From: Eledone cirrhosa
Taxonomy: Eukaryota
Reading direction: 5' to 3'
Length of the DNA: 64,000 nt
Assembly (NCBI GenBank): GCA_964016885.1
Contig: OZ024751.1
Location: 14,260,001-14,324,000 of the forward strand
Below, one piece after another: positions 40,611 through 51,939 of this stretch; position 1 is the stretch's first letter; the number at the start of each line of letters is the position of its first letter. Below the pieces are notes generated by a model, which worked only from the letters and a program-made list of their open reading frames with translations, made no database searches and was not told the origin of the DNA. The translations under genes and the position numbers were made by a program.

Positions 40611-40768
40611 TTAAATACAGTAATGGTATCTTTATCAGCGTATTTACATGCATGGGGTTGGGGTTCTATGCTCACATGATTTAAATGAGTTCTCTCCAGA
40701 ACATATACCCTTTCATCTCCTTTGTAAAGTTCAGTTTATTTAACCCTTTAGCATTTACATTACTCAAT

Positions 40769-40955
40769 GGGCGGTGGATTGGCAGTATCGGTAGAGGGTC
40801 GGACGCCATGCTTTCAAGCATAGTTACGTCCCTTTACGATCTGAGTTCAAATCCCGCCGAGGTTGACTTTGCCTTTCATCCTTACGGGGGTCGATAAAAT
40901 AAAGTACCAGTAATGCACTGGGTAATTGCTGGCCTTGTGCCTAAAGTAGAAACAA
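40769..40955 (+). mobile_element. SINE family B nested in a piggyBac-type MITE, 18-bp TSD
   Basis: TSD gcatttacattactcaat at 40751-40768 and 40956-40973. Confidence 0.9.
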
Positions 40956-41247
40956 GCATTTACATTACTCAATATTTACTATTGTATTTTCATGGTAAAC
41001 ACTTTATCTTACATAATTTTCTCACATAATATCGAATCTATGGGATTTTGATATTTATTTTGAGAACAATACCTTGACATAAATATGAGTAGCCAATTAT
41101 GGCCAGTTTGAACAGAAGGAGATGAGGAATTCTGGCTGGATATGGCAGGTTTAAATGCTATAGAGTTAAATCAACTTTCACTGAGATCATCGATATTTAA
41201 AGTTTGTTTTGTTTTCCCCCCTGTTTGAATAATTCTTATATTTGCAG

Positions 41248-41490
41248 GCTTGTGGCAAGCAATGTTAAGTGTAAAACCAAATGTGAGACAAGTGGAACTG
41301 CTGTTACAGTCTTGGTGTAGGGTAACTATCATGAAGAATAATAAGATAGTGAATCTTCGTGTGATGGCACAACAGAACCCCTATCATATACACTGTCAAC
41401 GTTTGATGGAGAAATATGAAAATACAATAGAGTTCGCTCTTGCATGTCTCAGTGGAAAACCTTCCATTATCACAACTTGGATCTCAAAAG
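41248..41490 (+). CDS. Ankyrin-repeat protein, exon 3
   Basis: Acceptor ttatatttgcag|GC. Encodes LWQAMLSVKPNVRQVELLLQSWCR...TTWISK(G). Donor G|GTAAGA. 243 nt, phase 1-1. Confidence 0.88.
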
Positions 41491-41565
41491 GTAAGAGATG
41501 TTAAGTAATTTTCATACCAAACTGCCTGAAACTGCCATTGGTTCTAGCATTCAGAGCTATATATA

Positions 41566-41732
41566 CCGTATCTCCCGGCATCGAAGATGCTACTTTTTTC
41601 CTAAAATAAGTCTTGAAAATCTACCATGCATCCTTGAGGCCGAAGGGGTTGCATTTTTTATGTTTATTATTATTTTTTTTCAAATTTTTGGTTGTCAAAA
41701 TTAGGGTGCGTCCTCGACGCCAGGAAATACGG
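41566..41732. mobile_element. pogo/Tc2-like MITE
   Basis: TIRs ccgtatctcccggcatcga / tcgacgccaggaaatacgg following TA. Confidence 0.75.
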
Positions 41733-41769
41733 TGTGTATACGCGCCGCCACCACCACCACCACCACCTC

Positions 41770-42295
41770 TTGCAATGATTAGGAAGTCATTGTTGTTTGT
41801 TAGAGCAGTAGTGTTCATTAGGGACTCGTAAAACCTATCCTTAAATTCGTCTGGCAACCCCCATTGGGGTGCATAAGTTGATATTATTGTGGTAATTGTT
41901 TTATTCAGGACTAGTCTGAGTTTACTGATTCTTGCACTCACCCTGTTCACTGAGATTACCTTATCTACCCACTTGTCAGCTAGTAGTATACCTACACCAC
42001 CCATCCCATCGTCATTTCCCACCCAGAAAAATTTGTAGCACTGACTTTTTCCTACAAGGACTCTAGCAGACTCTCCTCTCCATCTAGTCTCTTGCACACA
42101 GCATACAATTTCCTTTCGCTCTAGCATCTCTACAATTTCGCCTGCTCTTCCTTTCATTGTGCTTACATTGATGGTACCAACTCGGAGTTTTGGGCATTTG
42201 TTAACATTCGTGGGAAAGGGTCGATTTTTGTAGGGGTGTGTGTATGCTTCTTGTCTCTGAATTGAAGCTTCACATGGGTGCTTGGTAGCTCGCCG
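41770..42295 (-). mobile_element. RTE LINE 5' fragment (apurinic endonuclease domain)
   Basis: Motifs CCVQETRWRG, GGVGILL and ISTYAPQWG of the APE domain. Confidence 0.9.
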
Positions 42296-43146
42296 CTATA
42301 TATATACACACAATCTTTCATCCTAAACTGCCTGAAACTACCACTGGTTCTATCATTCAAAGCTATTTACTCCAAAATATTTATATTTATATAAAAACCT
42401 TCCATACTAAACTGCCTGACATTACCACAGATTCTATCATTTAAAGCTATATATTTTTAAATGTTTAAATGAAGGTCAGCTGAAAAATTCATAAGCTGGC
42501 CAAGATACTCTCATGAAATGACCAAATGAGGGTTATTTTTCAACATAGTCCCTGGAATGAAACAATGCAGTTATTAATAAGAAGAGCTGAAATTAATGCA
42601 TGCAAGATTTTACAGGGCTAGCTAGCATCACTCCTTCATAATCAGCCTGTGAACTTTTCAGTCAGATCTTGTATTTATATAAAAACCTTTCATGATAAAC
42701 TGCCTGGAACTACCACAGGCTCTATCATTCAAAGTGTTTGTATTCAGATAAAAAACCTTCCGTAGAAAGCCTGCTAAACAAAGGGTCATGAGAACTGTTC
42801 AGCTGTGTCAAAGACATAACAACCTCTCTCGTGCAGATCCCACAATAGAATGCACTCAAATTTTTGTAAATAAAAAATGGGTCCCTGGCCCATCTGAGCA
42901 CTTGGTAGAGCACAGGGACATATATAAGCAATATGCAGGCCCCTGTCTACCTGAGCAGTTTGGAATGAAGTGGGGTGCAGTGGGCCTACAGTTCGCATCT
43001 GGTCTGGACCTATTACCAACTTTAGGGGCGCTGAATCAATTACCCGTTTTGCACAGGTCTGTATATGTGGTCAAATTTTTCCTAATATGTGACTGAATCA
43101 TTATTTTAGTCCCAGATGGAGAAAATGCCAAGTACTCTGCAGTGGG

Positions 43147-44008
43147 ATATGATGACACAATGTAGGTGTGTTGTGGTAGTGGTGGTGGTGATGGTTGTAG
43201 TGGTGGTGGTGGTGGTGGCGGTCGTTGTGGTGGTCGTTGTGGTTGTGATGGTTGTGGTGGTGATTGTTGTGGTGGTGATTGTTGTGGTTGTGATGGTGGT
43301 GGTTGTGGTGGTGGAGGTGATTGTTGTGGTGGTGATTGTTGTGGTGGTGATTGTTGTTGTGGTGGTGGTGGTGGTGATTGTTGTTGCAGTGGTGGTGGTG
43401 ATTGTTGTTGTAGTGGTGGTGGTGGCGATGGTGATTGTGGTGCTGGTGGTGGTGATGGTTATTGTGGTAGTGGTGATGGTTATTGTTGTGGTAGTGGTGC
43501 TGCTGGTGGTGGTGATGATTGTTGTTGTGGTGGTGATGGTGATTGTTGTAGTGGTGGTGGTGGTGGTGATGATTGTTGTGGTAGTGGTGATGGCGATTGT
43601 TGTTGTGGTGATGGTGGTGATGACAGTGGTGATGGTGGTGATGATGGTGATGATAGTGGTGATGTCAGTGGTGATGGTGGTGATGATGGTGGTGATGACA
43701 GTGGTGGTGGCCGTGATGACGGTGATGGTGGTGATGACGGTGATGGTGGTGATGACAGTGGTGATGACAGTGGTGTTGATGGTGATGACAGTGGTGATGA
43801 TGGTGATGACAGTGGTAATGACAGTGGTGGTGATGGTGGTGATGATAGTGGTGATGGTGGTGATGACGGTGATGACGGTGATGATGGTGGTGATGGTGGT
43901 GATGACGGTGATGACGGTGATGATGGTGGTGATGACAATGGTAGTGATGACGATGATGATGGCAATGTTGGTGATGACAACGATGATGGTGATGATGATG
44001 ATGATGAT
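43147..44008. repeat. Graded triplet array, (GGT/TGT)n to (GAT/GAC)n
   Basis: Directly visible; ends 12 nt before exon 4. Confidence 0.97.
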
Positions 44009-44020
44009 CTTTATTATTAG

Positions 44021-44235
44021 GTTTGATGGAGAACATCGACATAGATTCGTGTGACAAATCCTGTTCCACTCACCACAACGATAGCAGAGATGATGGAAAA
44101 CCTTTGATTGCTCAAATCTGGGAAACCAATAACTACGCCATGGTCAACGTACTTCTGGAACTGAAAGTTAATGTCCAGAAATTGTACAACTCTGAAATAG
44201 ATAGTGACGGTCTATTAAGACCTTTGTTTTTTTAT
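44021..44235 (+). CDS. Ankyrin-repeat protein, exon 4
   Basis: Acceptor ctttattattag|GT. Encodes LMENIDIDSCDKS...KPLIAQIWETNNYAMVNVLLELKVNV...RPLFFY. Donor |GTAAGT. Phase 1-0. Confidence 0.85.
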
Positions 44236-44739
44236 GTAAGTATTCTCTCAATGATTAGCTACAGCAGTGACCTCCAACCTTTTTCATACCACAGACCGAC
44301 CTCATGCCGGATAATCTTTCCGCGGACCGGTAGTTGCACATGTGTGTTATTTAAGTGCATTTTGATATAAAGAGAGCAATGATGTTTTCTAGTATAGGCA
44401 CAAGGCGAGTAAATTTTTTTTTGGGGGGGGGGGGGGGGGGCAATTAAATTGATCCCAGTACGTTACTGGTGCTGTATTTTATCGACCTCGTAAGGATGAA
44501 AGGCAAATTTAACTTCGCCGGGATTTGAACTCAGACCGTAAAAGGCCATAACTCTATGCTGCAAAGCATGGTGTCCAACTTTACCAATACTACCAATCCA
44601 CTGCCCTAAAGAGAGCAATAATAAAAAGAGCAATTTATTTTTGGTGATGCCCATCTCCTCTCCAAGATATGACTATATATGGTATTGTATATTTAATTTT
44701 TTTATCTAATTCATTCATCTTTTATATATTATTTCATAG

Positions 44740-45171
44740 CTCATATGTTCCTCAAATGCTCCACAAGACCAAAAAATCATCGCCCGAGTCCTAAAAGACT
44801 GCAACTTATCCTTACGCAACCAGCATGGCCAAACAATAATTTTTGAAGCTATAGCAAGGGATAAACCCCTCGAACTAATTCAGACATTTTTTCGTTATGG
44901 TTTGGATATATCTCTACGAGATCACAAAGGAAGAACAGCCAAAAGTTTTGCACAAAAGCTCAACAAACAGTCATATGTTGATGCCATTGATCATTTCATT
45001 TTAGATTTAGTGCGGAGAGGTGAGAAAGACATTCTAGAAAAGTTTGTTTTAAGGTCGTACCCAGACATACTACAGTATCGTGATGGTGAAGGACGCTCAC
45101 TGTTAGACATTGCCAGATCTTTACACATTTATGATGTAGGAGAAATAATAATGCTGGCTCCATTGTGGCAG
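44740..45171 (+). CDS. Ankyrin-repeat protein, exon 5
   Basis: Acceptor atttcatag|. 144 open codons with ANK motifs LSLRNQHGQTIIFEAI, GLDISLRDHKGRTAKSFA and YRDGEGRSLLDIA. Donor CAG|GTAGGA. Phase 0-0. Confidence 0.92.
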
Positions 45172-45266
45172 GTAGGATTATTGTCTTGTTTTTTTGTTTT
45201 TGTTTATTTATTTATTTTTTGTCTTTTTGGGGTTCTTTTTTCATCTTTTACTCTGAATTCATGTAA

Positions 45267-45337
45267 GCATCAGTGGTTCAGTGGTAGAATGCTCGCCTGA
45301 CACATGGGCGGCCCAGGTTCATTTCCCAACTGATGCA
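45267..45337 (+). pseudogene. tRNA-Gly(GCC)-derived pseudogene
   Basis: GCATCAGTGGTTCAGTGGTAGAATGCTCGCCTGACACATGGGCGGCCCAGGTTCATTTCCCAACTGATGCA aligns without gaps to metazoan tRNA-Gly(GCC). Acceptor stem is intact, the anticodon reads GAC, and the anticodon and T stems are broken, mostly by CpG decay. Confidence 0.85.
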
Positions 45338-45349
45338 TCTCTTTGCAGT

Positions 45350-45692
45350 GAAGGTGTATGGCTTAGTGGTTAGAGCTTTGGGCTTGCAATTAGGAAGTTG
45401 TGAGTTGATCGATTCTTGGACTGGATGATGCATTGTGTCCTTGAGCAAGACACTTTATTTCATGTTGCTCCAACTACTCAGTTATAGAAATGAGTTGAGA
45501 CGTCACTGGTGCCAAACTGTATCAGACATTGCCTTTTCCTTAAACAACATCAATGGCATAGAGATGGGAGAGTGGTATGCATGGGTGACTGGTGGTCTTC
45601 CACAAACAATCTTGGCCAGACTTGTGTCTCGGAGGGAAACTTTCTAGGTGCAAACCCCATAGTCATTCATGACCAAAAGGGGGTCTTTACCA
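45350..45692 (+). mobile_element. tRNA-derived SINE (family C); a second copy lies at about 4400-4740
   Basis: Box A TGGCTTAGTGG, central tccttgagcaagacactttatttca, and tail ...gggggtctttacc shared with the copy at 4400-4740. Confidence 0.85.
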
Positions 45693-46857
45693 TTACTCTG
45701 AATTCTTACTAGTATTCAGCAAATTCATCTACAATTCTTTTACATTAGGTTAGGGTTTGTGTAGGTGATCCCTTTATCAAATAGATTGTTGTAGATAAGT
45801 TACATCTGTAAATAAAGTGTTGTAGATAAGTTACATCAGGGGATAAAGTGTTGCAGATAAGTTGCATCTGGAGATAAAGTGTTGCAGATAAGTTGCATCT
45901 GGAGATAAAGTGTATCTGGAGACAGTGCATCTAGATAAATTGTTATAGACAAAGTGCATTTAGAGACAATGTGTTGGTAACAAAGTGTATCTGGAGACAG
46001 TGTTGCAGACAAAGTGCACCTGGAGAGTGCTGGAGACAAAGTGCATCTGGAATTTTATTCCGTGTTGATTTATGTTTCAGTGATTGTTGTTGCTGTTTAG
46101 ACCCAGGCCAGCTGTCATGTCACTGGTACAACTGAGGAGCCCTTCCAATACTGTTTGGTAGGCTTTCTATAACTGGATGCCTTTCCTATCACCTACCACT
46201 TTACAGAGTGTACTGGGTGCATTTATCATGTAAATCACCAACATTAGGTTTATAATAATTCAGTCAAGTTCCTGTTGCAACCAGTCATTGGAGTGCCACT
46301 CTAGATCTTTGACTATGTGTCCATCATGGTATCTCAGTGGGCCTTAGAAATATTTAGTGGTGCTCATTTCCTGATAACTGGTGCACCAGTTGTTGGGGTG
46401 TCACTCTAGATCTTTGACTGTGTCCATCAAGGCATTTCAGTAGGCCTTAGAAATGTTTGGTGGTGCCTATCCCTTCTCAAAGCATCTACTGATATATAAA
46501 AGCCTTGTGTATTTGTCCGGTCACACACTAGACTGAGAAAGGAAGGGATGATAACATCAACTGAGGAAGGAAGGGGTGTCTAATACACACACATCTATGG
46601 GATGACTGAGGAAGGATGGGAGAAACTATTGAACTCCAGCCATCCAAGATTCGTCACAGCTGTGTGTTTGTGTCACGTGTGTGAGTGAGTGCAAAGGAAC
46701 CAACCAACCAACCAACCAACCAACAAACAAACAAACATAACGTTTTTATATTATGTATAGATATTACAATTAGCTATCATTTTTGACAGCACTGGGCCAG
46801 TTAGTTTATAATAATTACAAAACCACTAATTACTATTTTTTTTATTTTCATGGAAAG

Positions 46858-47055
46858 GAGGAAGACGATAAAATACATGAAAATATCAAAGAAGGAAATC
46901 TACAGAATGTGAAGAAGTTAATGAAGAAGAAGTCAACATTGCGAAGAGACAAGTGCGGTAGATCAGTCCTTCTTTATGCTCTTTTACATAAACAGAAAAG
47001 TATAGCAGAGTACCTCATCACAGAATATTCAATTCTTGTCAATGAAGCAGACAGT
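46858..47055 (+). CDS. Ankyrin-repeat protein, exon 6
   Basis: T-rich tract, then aag|gag| (NAGNAG, so the start could be 46861). Encodes EEDDKIHENIKEGNLQNVKKL...RRDKCGRSVLLYALLHKQKSIAEYL...VNEADS. Donor |GTAAGA. Confidence 0.88.
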
Positions 47056-47091
47056 GTAAGATTGATACATCATCAATACTATTGAGATTGT

Positions 47092-47394
47092 TAATTGATA
47101 ATGTCTTAATGATAATGTCTTATCGATAAGGTCTTAATGATAATGTCTTATCGATAAGGTCTTATTGATAATGTCTTTTCGATAAGGTCTTAATGATAAT
47201 GTCTTTTCGATAAGGTCTTAATGATAATGTCTTATCGATAAGGTCTTAATGATAATGTCTTATCGATAAGGTCTTATTGATAATGTCTTATTGATAAGGT
47301 CTTATTGATAAGGTCTTATTGATAAGGTCTTATTGATAAGGTCTTATTGATAAGGTCTTATTGATAAGGTCTTATTGATAAGGTCTTATTGATA
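47092..47394. repeat. 14-bp minisatellite (28-bp dimer on the left, monomer on the right)
   Basis: gataaggtcttatt and gataatgtcttatc. Confidence 0.93.
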
Positions 47395-48515
47395 TATTTA
47401 TACCACCAAATGGGCAACAAATGTTATATATGTCTTATTCTTATTCTTCTTTGCCCACTTTTTCCTGTGAGGGACTTGGGAGCAGAGTTCTCAAGTACTT
47501 CCAGTGGGTCCTGTCAGAAACAACTGTTTACAATTGATCTGGCTGGATCCCCAAGTGAGACTAGCCAAGCTCACAGATCATATCCAACCATCTTGCTCTT
47601 GGTCTACTTCTGGGTGTCCTGTCAGTTGGTTTTGCCCATAAAAATCTATCCAGCAATTCTTTCCTTAGACATTCTAACCACATGACCATAGTATCTGGGC
47701 CGTGATCTCTCAATTTAGGGCAACAGCAGCAGCAGCTCTACCCAGAGCAATGCCCTGATCTCTGAGCTACGCACTTTATCAAGTAACATTATTCCAAAGA
47801 CCCTTCAAAGGAATCCCATTTCAGTCACTTGTATTTGCAATCATATTTTTTCGGTCATTACCCAAGATCCATGATTGTAGGAAAGAGTTGACACGAACAT
47901 CAAATTAAAGATAATGAGTTTGGCTTTTACACCTACCTCCCATCTTCTGATTACTAAATGCTGAAGTTGGTACATTATTTCAATGGACCATTTGTGGGCT
48001 GCAACTCACCTACGGCTGACCCACTCTCCCCACCCCACACCTGCCCTCAATTTTAACCAAAAAGCACCCAGCTTACACTGTAAAGTGGTCATGTAGGAGG
48101 CACGGTAAAAAGGCTCCCAGTCCACACTGTAAATGTGGTTGGTGTTAGGAAGAGCATCCAGCTGTAGAAAACCTGCCAGAGACAGTTCTGTATGAGCGAG
48201 ACTTGGTCTCCCGACCAGTCTCACCTCAAGTGGGACAAAACCGTCCAACCCATGCTCGCATGGAAGATGAACATCAAACGATGATGATGATACTACCAGT
48301 ATTCACAGACAGACATTATTATTATTGCTGATATTAAAGCAGTGGCATGGCAGTATTAATAGAACAATGAATAAAATGAAGTCAACTTTACCATTCATGC
48401 TTCTGAGGTTGATAAAATACCAGTCATGTACTGGTTTGATTTAGTCAACTTCCCCTCCCACCCTCACCTGTGACCTCCCTCTAACATTGCTGACCTTGTA
48501 CCGTTGTTAGAAACA

Positions 48516-48549
<34 letters not shown>

Positions 48550-48578
48550 GTGGTGTTTTCTCTTCCTTTCTCTTTCAG

Positions 48579-48683
48579 AATGGTCGTACCCCATTACATT
48601 ACAGCTATGTATTATTTGAAGACCAACCAGATATGTCACACCTCTTAAAACTACTTGGAGCTGATTCCAACATAAAAGACAAT
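48579..48683 (+). CDS. Ankyrin-repeat protein, exon 7 (one ANK repeat)
   Basis: Strong acceptor tcctttctctttcag|. Encodes NGRTPLHYSYVLFEDQPDMSHLLKLLGADSNIKDN, with the canonical TPLH. Donor |GTATGT. Confidence 0.93.
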
Positions 48684-49179
48684 GTATGTTGACCTTAATA
48701 TTTATTATTATTACTAGCAGAAAAACTACCTTCGGGTGGTTTCCTGCTAGCATGTGTAGTGTGCATATTGATATTATACGCAAGTCTATATACATGTAGA
48801 TATGATACATCAAATAAAATCGTAATTAACAATATAAACAGAAATTGAACGAAGACTATGTTACACTGTCTTATGTAATCAGTAACGTAATCCATGATAT
48901 ATTGAAAAAAAGACGATATTATATATAAACTGCATTAGGAGAAAATTTGTGACAAAAAATTAGTATGTTTATTTAAGTGATCGCCACCGGAAGTGTTGAG
49001 ATCACACACTCTCTCTCTTTCTATATATATGGAGTTGAAGTGGTGGTGGTGGCTATATGGAGTTGAAGTGGTGGTGGTGGTGGCTATATACCGGAAGTGC
49101 AACTTTGAAAAGAAGTCAATTTTAAATTATTTTTGTTTACGAAATTTAGTAGATAAATTATGTAATATTCATTCATTAT

Positions 49180-50372
49180 CTTACGAGGTCGATAAAATAA
49201 AGTACCAGTAATGTACTGGGTAATTGCTGGCCTTGTGCCAAAAGTAGAAACAATTATTTATTCAAAGTAATCCAACTTATTTTACTAATGGTGTAAAAAA
49301 ACAAACCGTACGCAGTCCCGCAGACCTTCCTTTATTATATTTAATCAGTAGAGGGTCGGACGCCATGCTTTGACGCATAGAGTTACGGCCCTTGCCATTC
49401 TGAGTTCGAATCCCGCCGAGGTTAACTTTGCCTTTCATCCTTACGGGGTCGATAAAATAAAGTACCAGTAATGCACTGGGATAATTGCTGACCTTGTGCC
49501 AAAAGTAGAAACAATTATTATTATTATTTATTATTATTATTGTGGATTGGCAGTATCGGTGGAGTGTCAGACAACATGCTTTGCAGCATAGAGTTATGGC
49601 CCTTAATGTTCTGGGTTCAAATCCCGCCAAGTTTAAATTTGCCTTTCATCCTTACGGGGGTTGATAATATAAAGCACCAGTAATGTACTGGGGTCGATTT
49701 AATCGACTTTCTCCTCCACCCAAACTGTTGGCCTTGTGCCTAAATCAGAAATCACAGGGCGGTGAATTGGCAGTATCGGTAGAGCGTCTGACACCATGCT
49801 TCACAGCACAGAGCTACTGCCCTTTAAAGTCTGATTTCAAATTTCATCAAGGTTAGTTTTGCGTTTCATCCTTACGGGGGGGTCGATAAAATAAAGTACC
49901 AGTAACGTACTGAGGTTGATTTAATCCACTTTCTCCCTCTCCCAAAATTGTTGGCCTTGTGCCTAAATCAGAAACTATTATTATTATTTGGTTAACTTGC
50001 CTTTCATCCTTACGGGGTCGATAAAATAAAGTACCAGTAATGCACTGGGTAATTGCTGGCCTTGTGCCTAAAGTAGAAACAATTATTAGGGCGGTGGATT
50101 GGCAGTATCAGTAGAGGGTTGGACGCCATGCTTTGCAGCAAAGAGTTATGGCCCTCTATGGTCTGAGTTCAAATCCCGCCGAGGTTAACTTTGCCTTTCA
50201 TCCTTACAAGGTCGATAAAATAAAGTACCAGTAATACACTGGGATAATTGCTGGCCTTGTGCCAAAAGTAGAAACAATTATTATTATTTGGATTATATGC
50301 TTTGCAGCATATAATCACAGACCTTTACATTCTGAGTTCAAATCCTACAGAGGACAATTTTGCCTTTCATTC
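49180..50372 (+). mobile_element. Cluster of about 7 co-oriented full and partial SINE B copies in intron 7
   Basis: Repeated gtcgataaaataaagtaccagtaa cores and gtagaaacaatta tails. Confidence 0.88.
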
Positions 50373-50700
50373 GTGCTGTTATTGTTGTTGTTATAGCATG
50401 GTAAGATATTAAATTACTATTATCATTGCAACTGTGTTATACAGTTTGATCGAATTGTTCTTGTTATTGCTGTTATTGTTGTTATAGCATGGTAGGATAT
50501 TAAATGACTTATTGCTGTTGTTACAGCATGGTAAAACACCAAATGACTACTGCCACTGCAACTGTGTTATACAGTTTGTCTAATTGTTGTTGTTGCTATT
50601 GTTGTTGTTACAGCGTGGTAAAACACCAAATGACTACTGCCACTGCAACTGTGTTATACAGTTTGTCTAATTGTTGTTGTTGCTATTGTTGTTGTTACAG

Positions 50701-50841
50701 CGTGGTAAAACACCAAATGACTACTGCCACTGCAACTGTGTTATGCGCTTTGCATGTATCAGAAAATCAATTAATGAATTTGAACTGGAAGTTTTCTTAG
50801 AAGAAACAAGTTTCGAAGAATCATTTTTCAGTGCACTTCAG
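50701..50841 (+). CDS. Ankyrin-repeat protein, exon 8
   Basis: Acceptor gttgttacag|. Encodes RGKTPNDYCHCNCVMRFACIRKSINEFELEVFLEETSFEESFFSALQ. Donor CAG|GTAAAA. The join gives NIKDN-RGKTP. Confidence 0.88.
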
Positions 50842-51939
50842 GTAAAATGTTGCTACTTAAAAATTATTCTTTTGATTATTACTATTATTATTTTAAATTT
50901 AAATTTATATTTTCTGCTTAAAGTATTACACCTTGAGTTTGGTGCCTGATGTTCATATTAAGAGAGGGGCTAAACTGTCAACTAGTCACCCTCTAGTTAT
51001 CTGCAGCTTGGGACTACCTAAAGCCAAAGAGTCCCACAAAACTGCTAGGTCCAGGGTGACCTACAGGATAAAGTTGGAAGCATTGGTGGATAAGGAAGCC
51101 AGGTATACAGATATTATTGTATCTAAATTCAGAGAACTCCCTGAGAAAACTGAGAACGTAGAGACAGAGTGGAGATTGGTCAGCTCAGCAGTTTCTGCTT
51201 CAGCTATTATAGAGAGGAAGGACCCACTGAAAGGAGTGTTTGAGGACTCTACCCCCATGACCTCAGGAATAAGTGGGCAAAGAAGAATTTGGTGTTGGTG
51301 ATGATGCCAGTGGCGCGGATGGCAGTGATGGTGATGTTGGTGGTGATGGCAGTGATGGTGATGTTAGTAGTGATGGCAGTGATGGTGATGTTGGTGGTGA
51401 TGGCAGTGGCGAGGATTATGGTGATGGCGATGTGATGCTATTGGAGGTGATGGCTGTAGCAAGACTGGCAGTGGTGAGGATGGTAGTGTTGGTGGTGGTG
51501 GTGATCGCTGTGGCAAGGATGGTAATGATGGTGGCAATGGCAGTAGCAATGGTGATGGATGTTGCAAGGATGGTGCCAGTGGTGGTAGTGGTGATAATGG
51601 CAGTAATAATAAAAACATCAGACAAAATGTGTTGACAGCTCCAGTTAGGAAATGGATGTTGTCAATTGTTTCTTCATGTTGATTTCCCAATCCACAGGTG
51701 ACATTAACTTTTCTGTATTTTATAAATTTGGTGTTGTTTCCAAGCAATTGATCATCATCATCAACATCAAAATCACAAATTCTGTTTCTAACCACACAGT
51801 CATGTCTACTTCTTTGTTTTTGTTATTGTTGTTGTTGTCCTGGTGATTGATTGTGTCTAAAAAAAAAAAAAAAAAAAATCAATCATTTGTATCTATCTGT
51901 ATACCAGGTATTTTGAGACATTTGTTTGTTTTGAATTGG

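Noticed and set aside
43116-44069. Poly-Val/Met, Gly-Asp-Cys, Ser-Pro and poly-His ORFs resembling structural proteins
   Set aside because: Open in several frames on both strands because the triplet array lacks stops. It lies in intron 3 of the ankyrin gene.
45267-45337. Functional tRNA-Val(GAC) or tRNA-Gly
   Set aside because: The anticodon and T stems are disrupted, and the sequence is part of a TSD-flanked retroposed unit.
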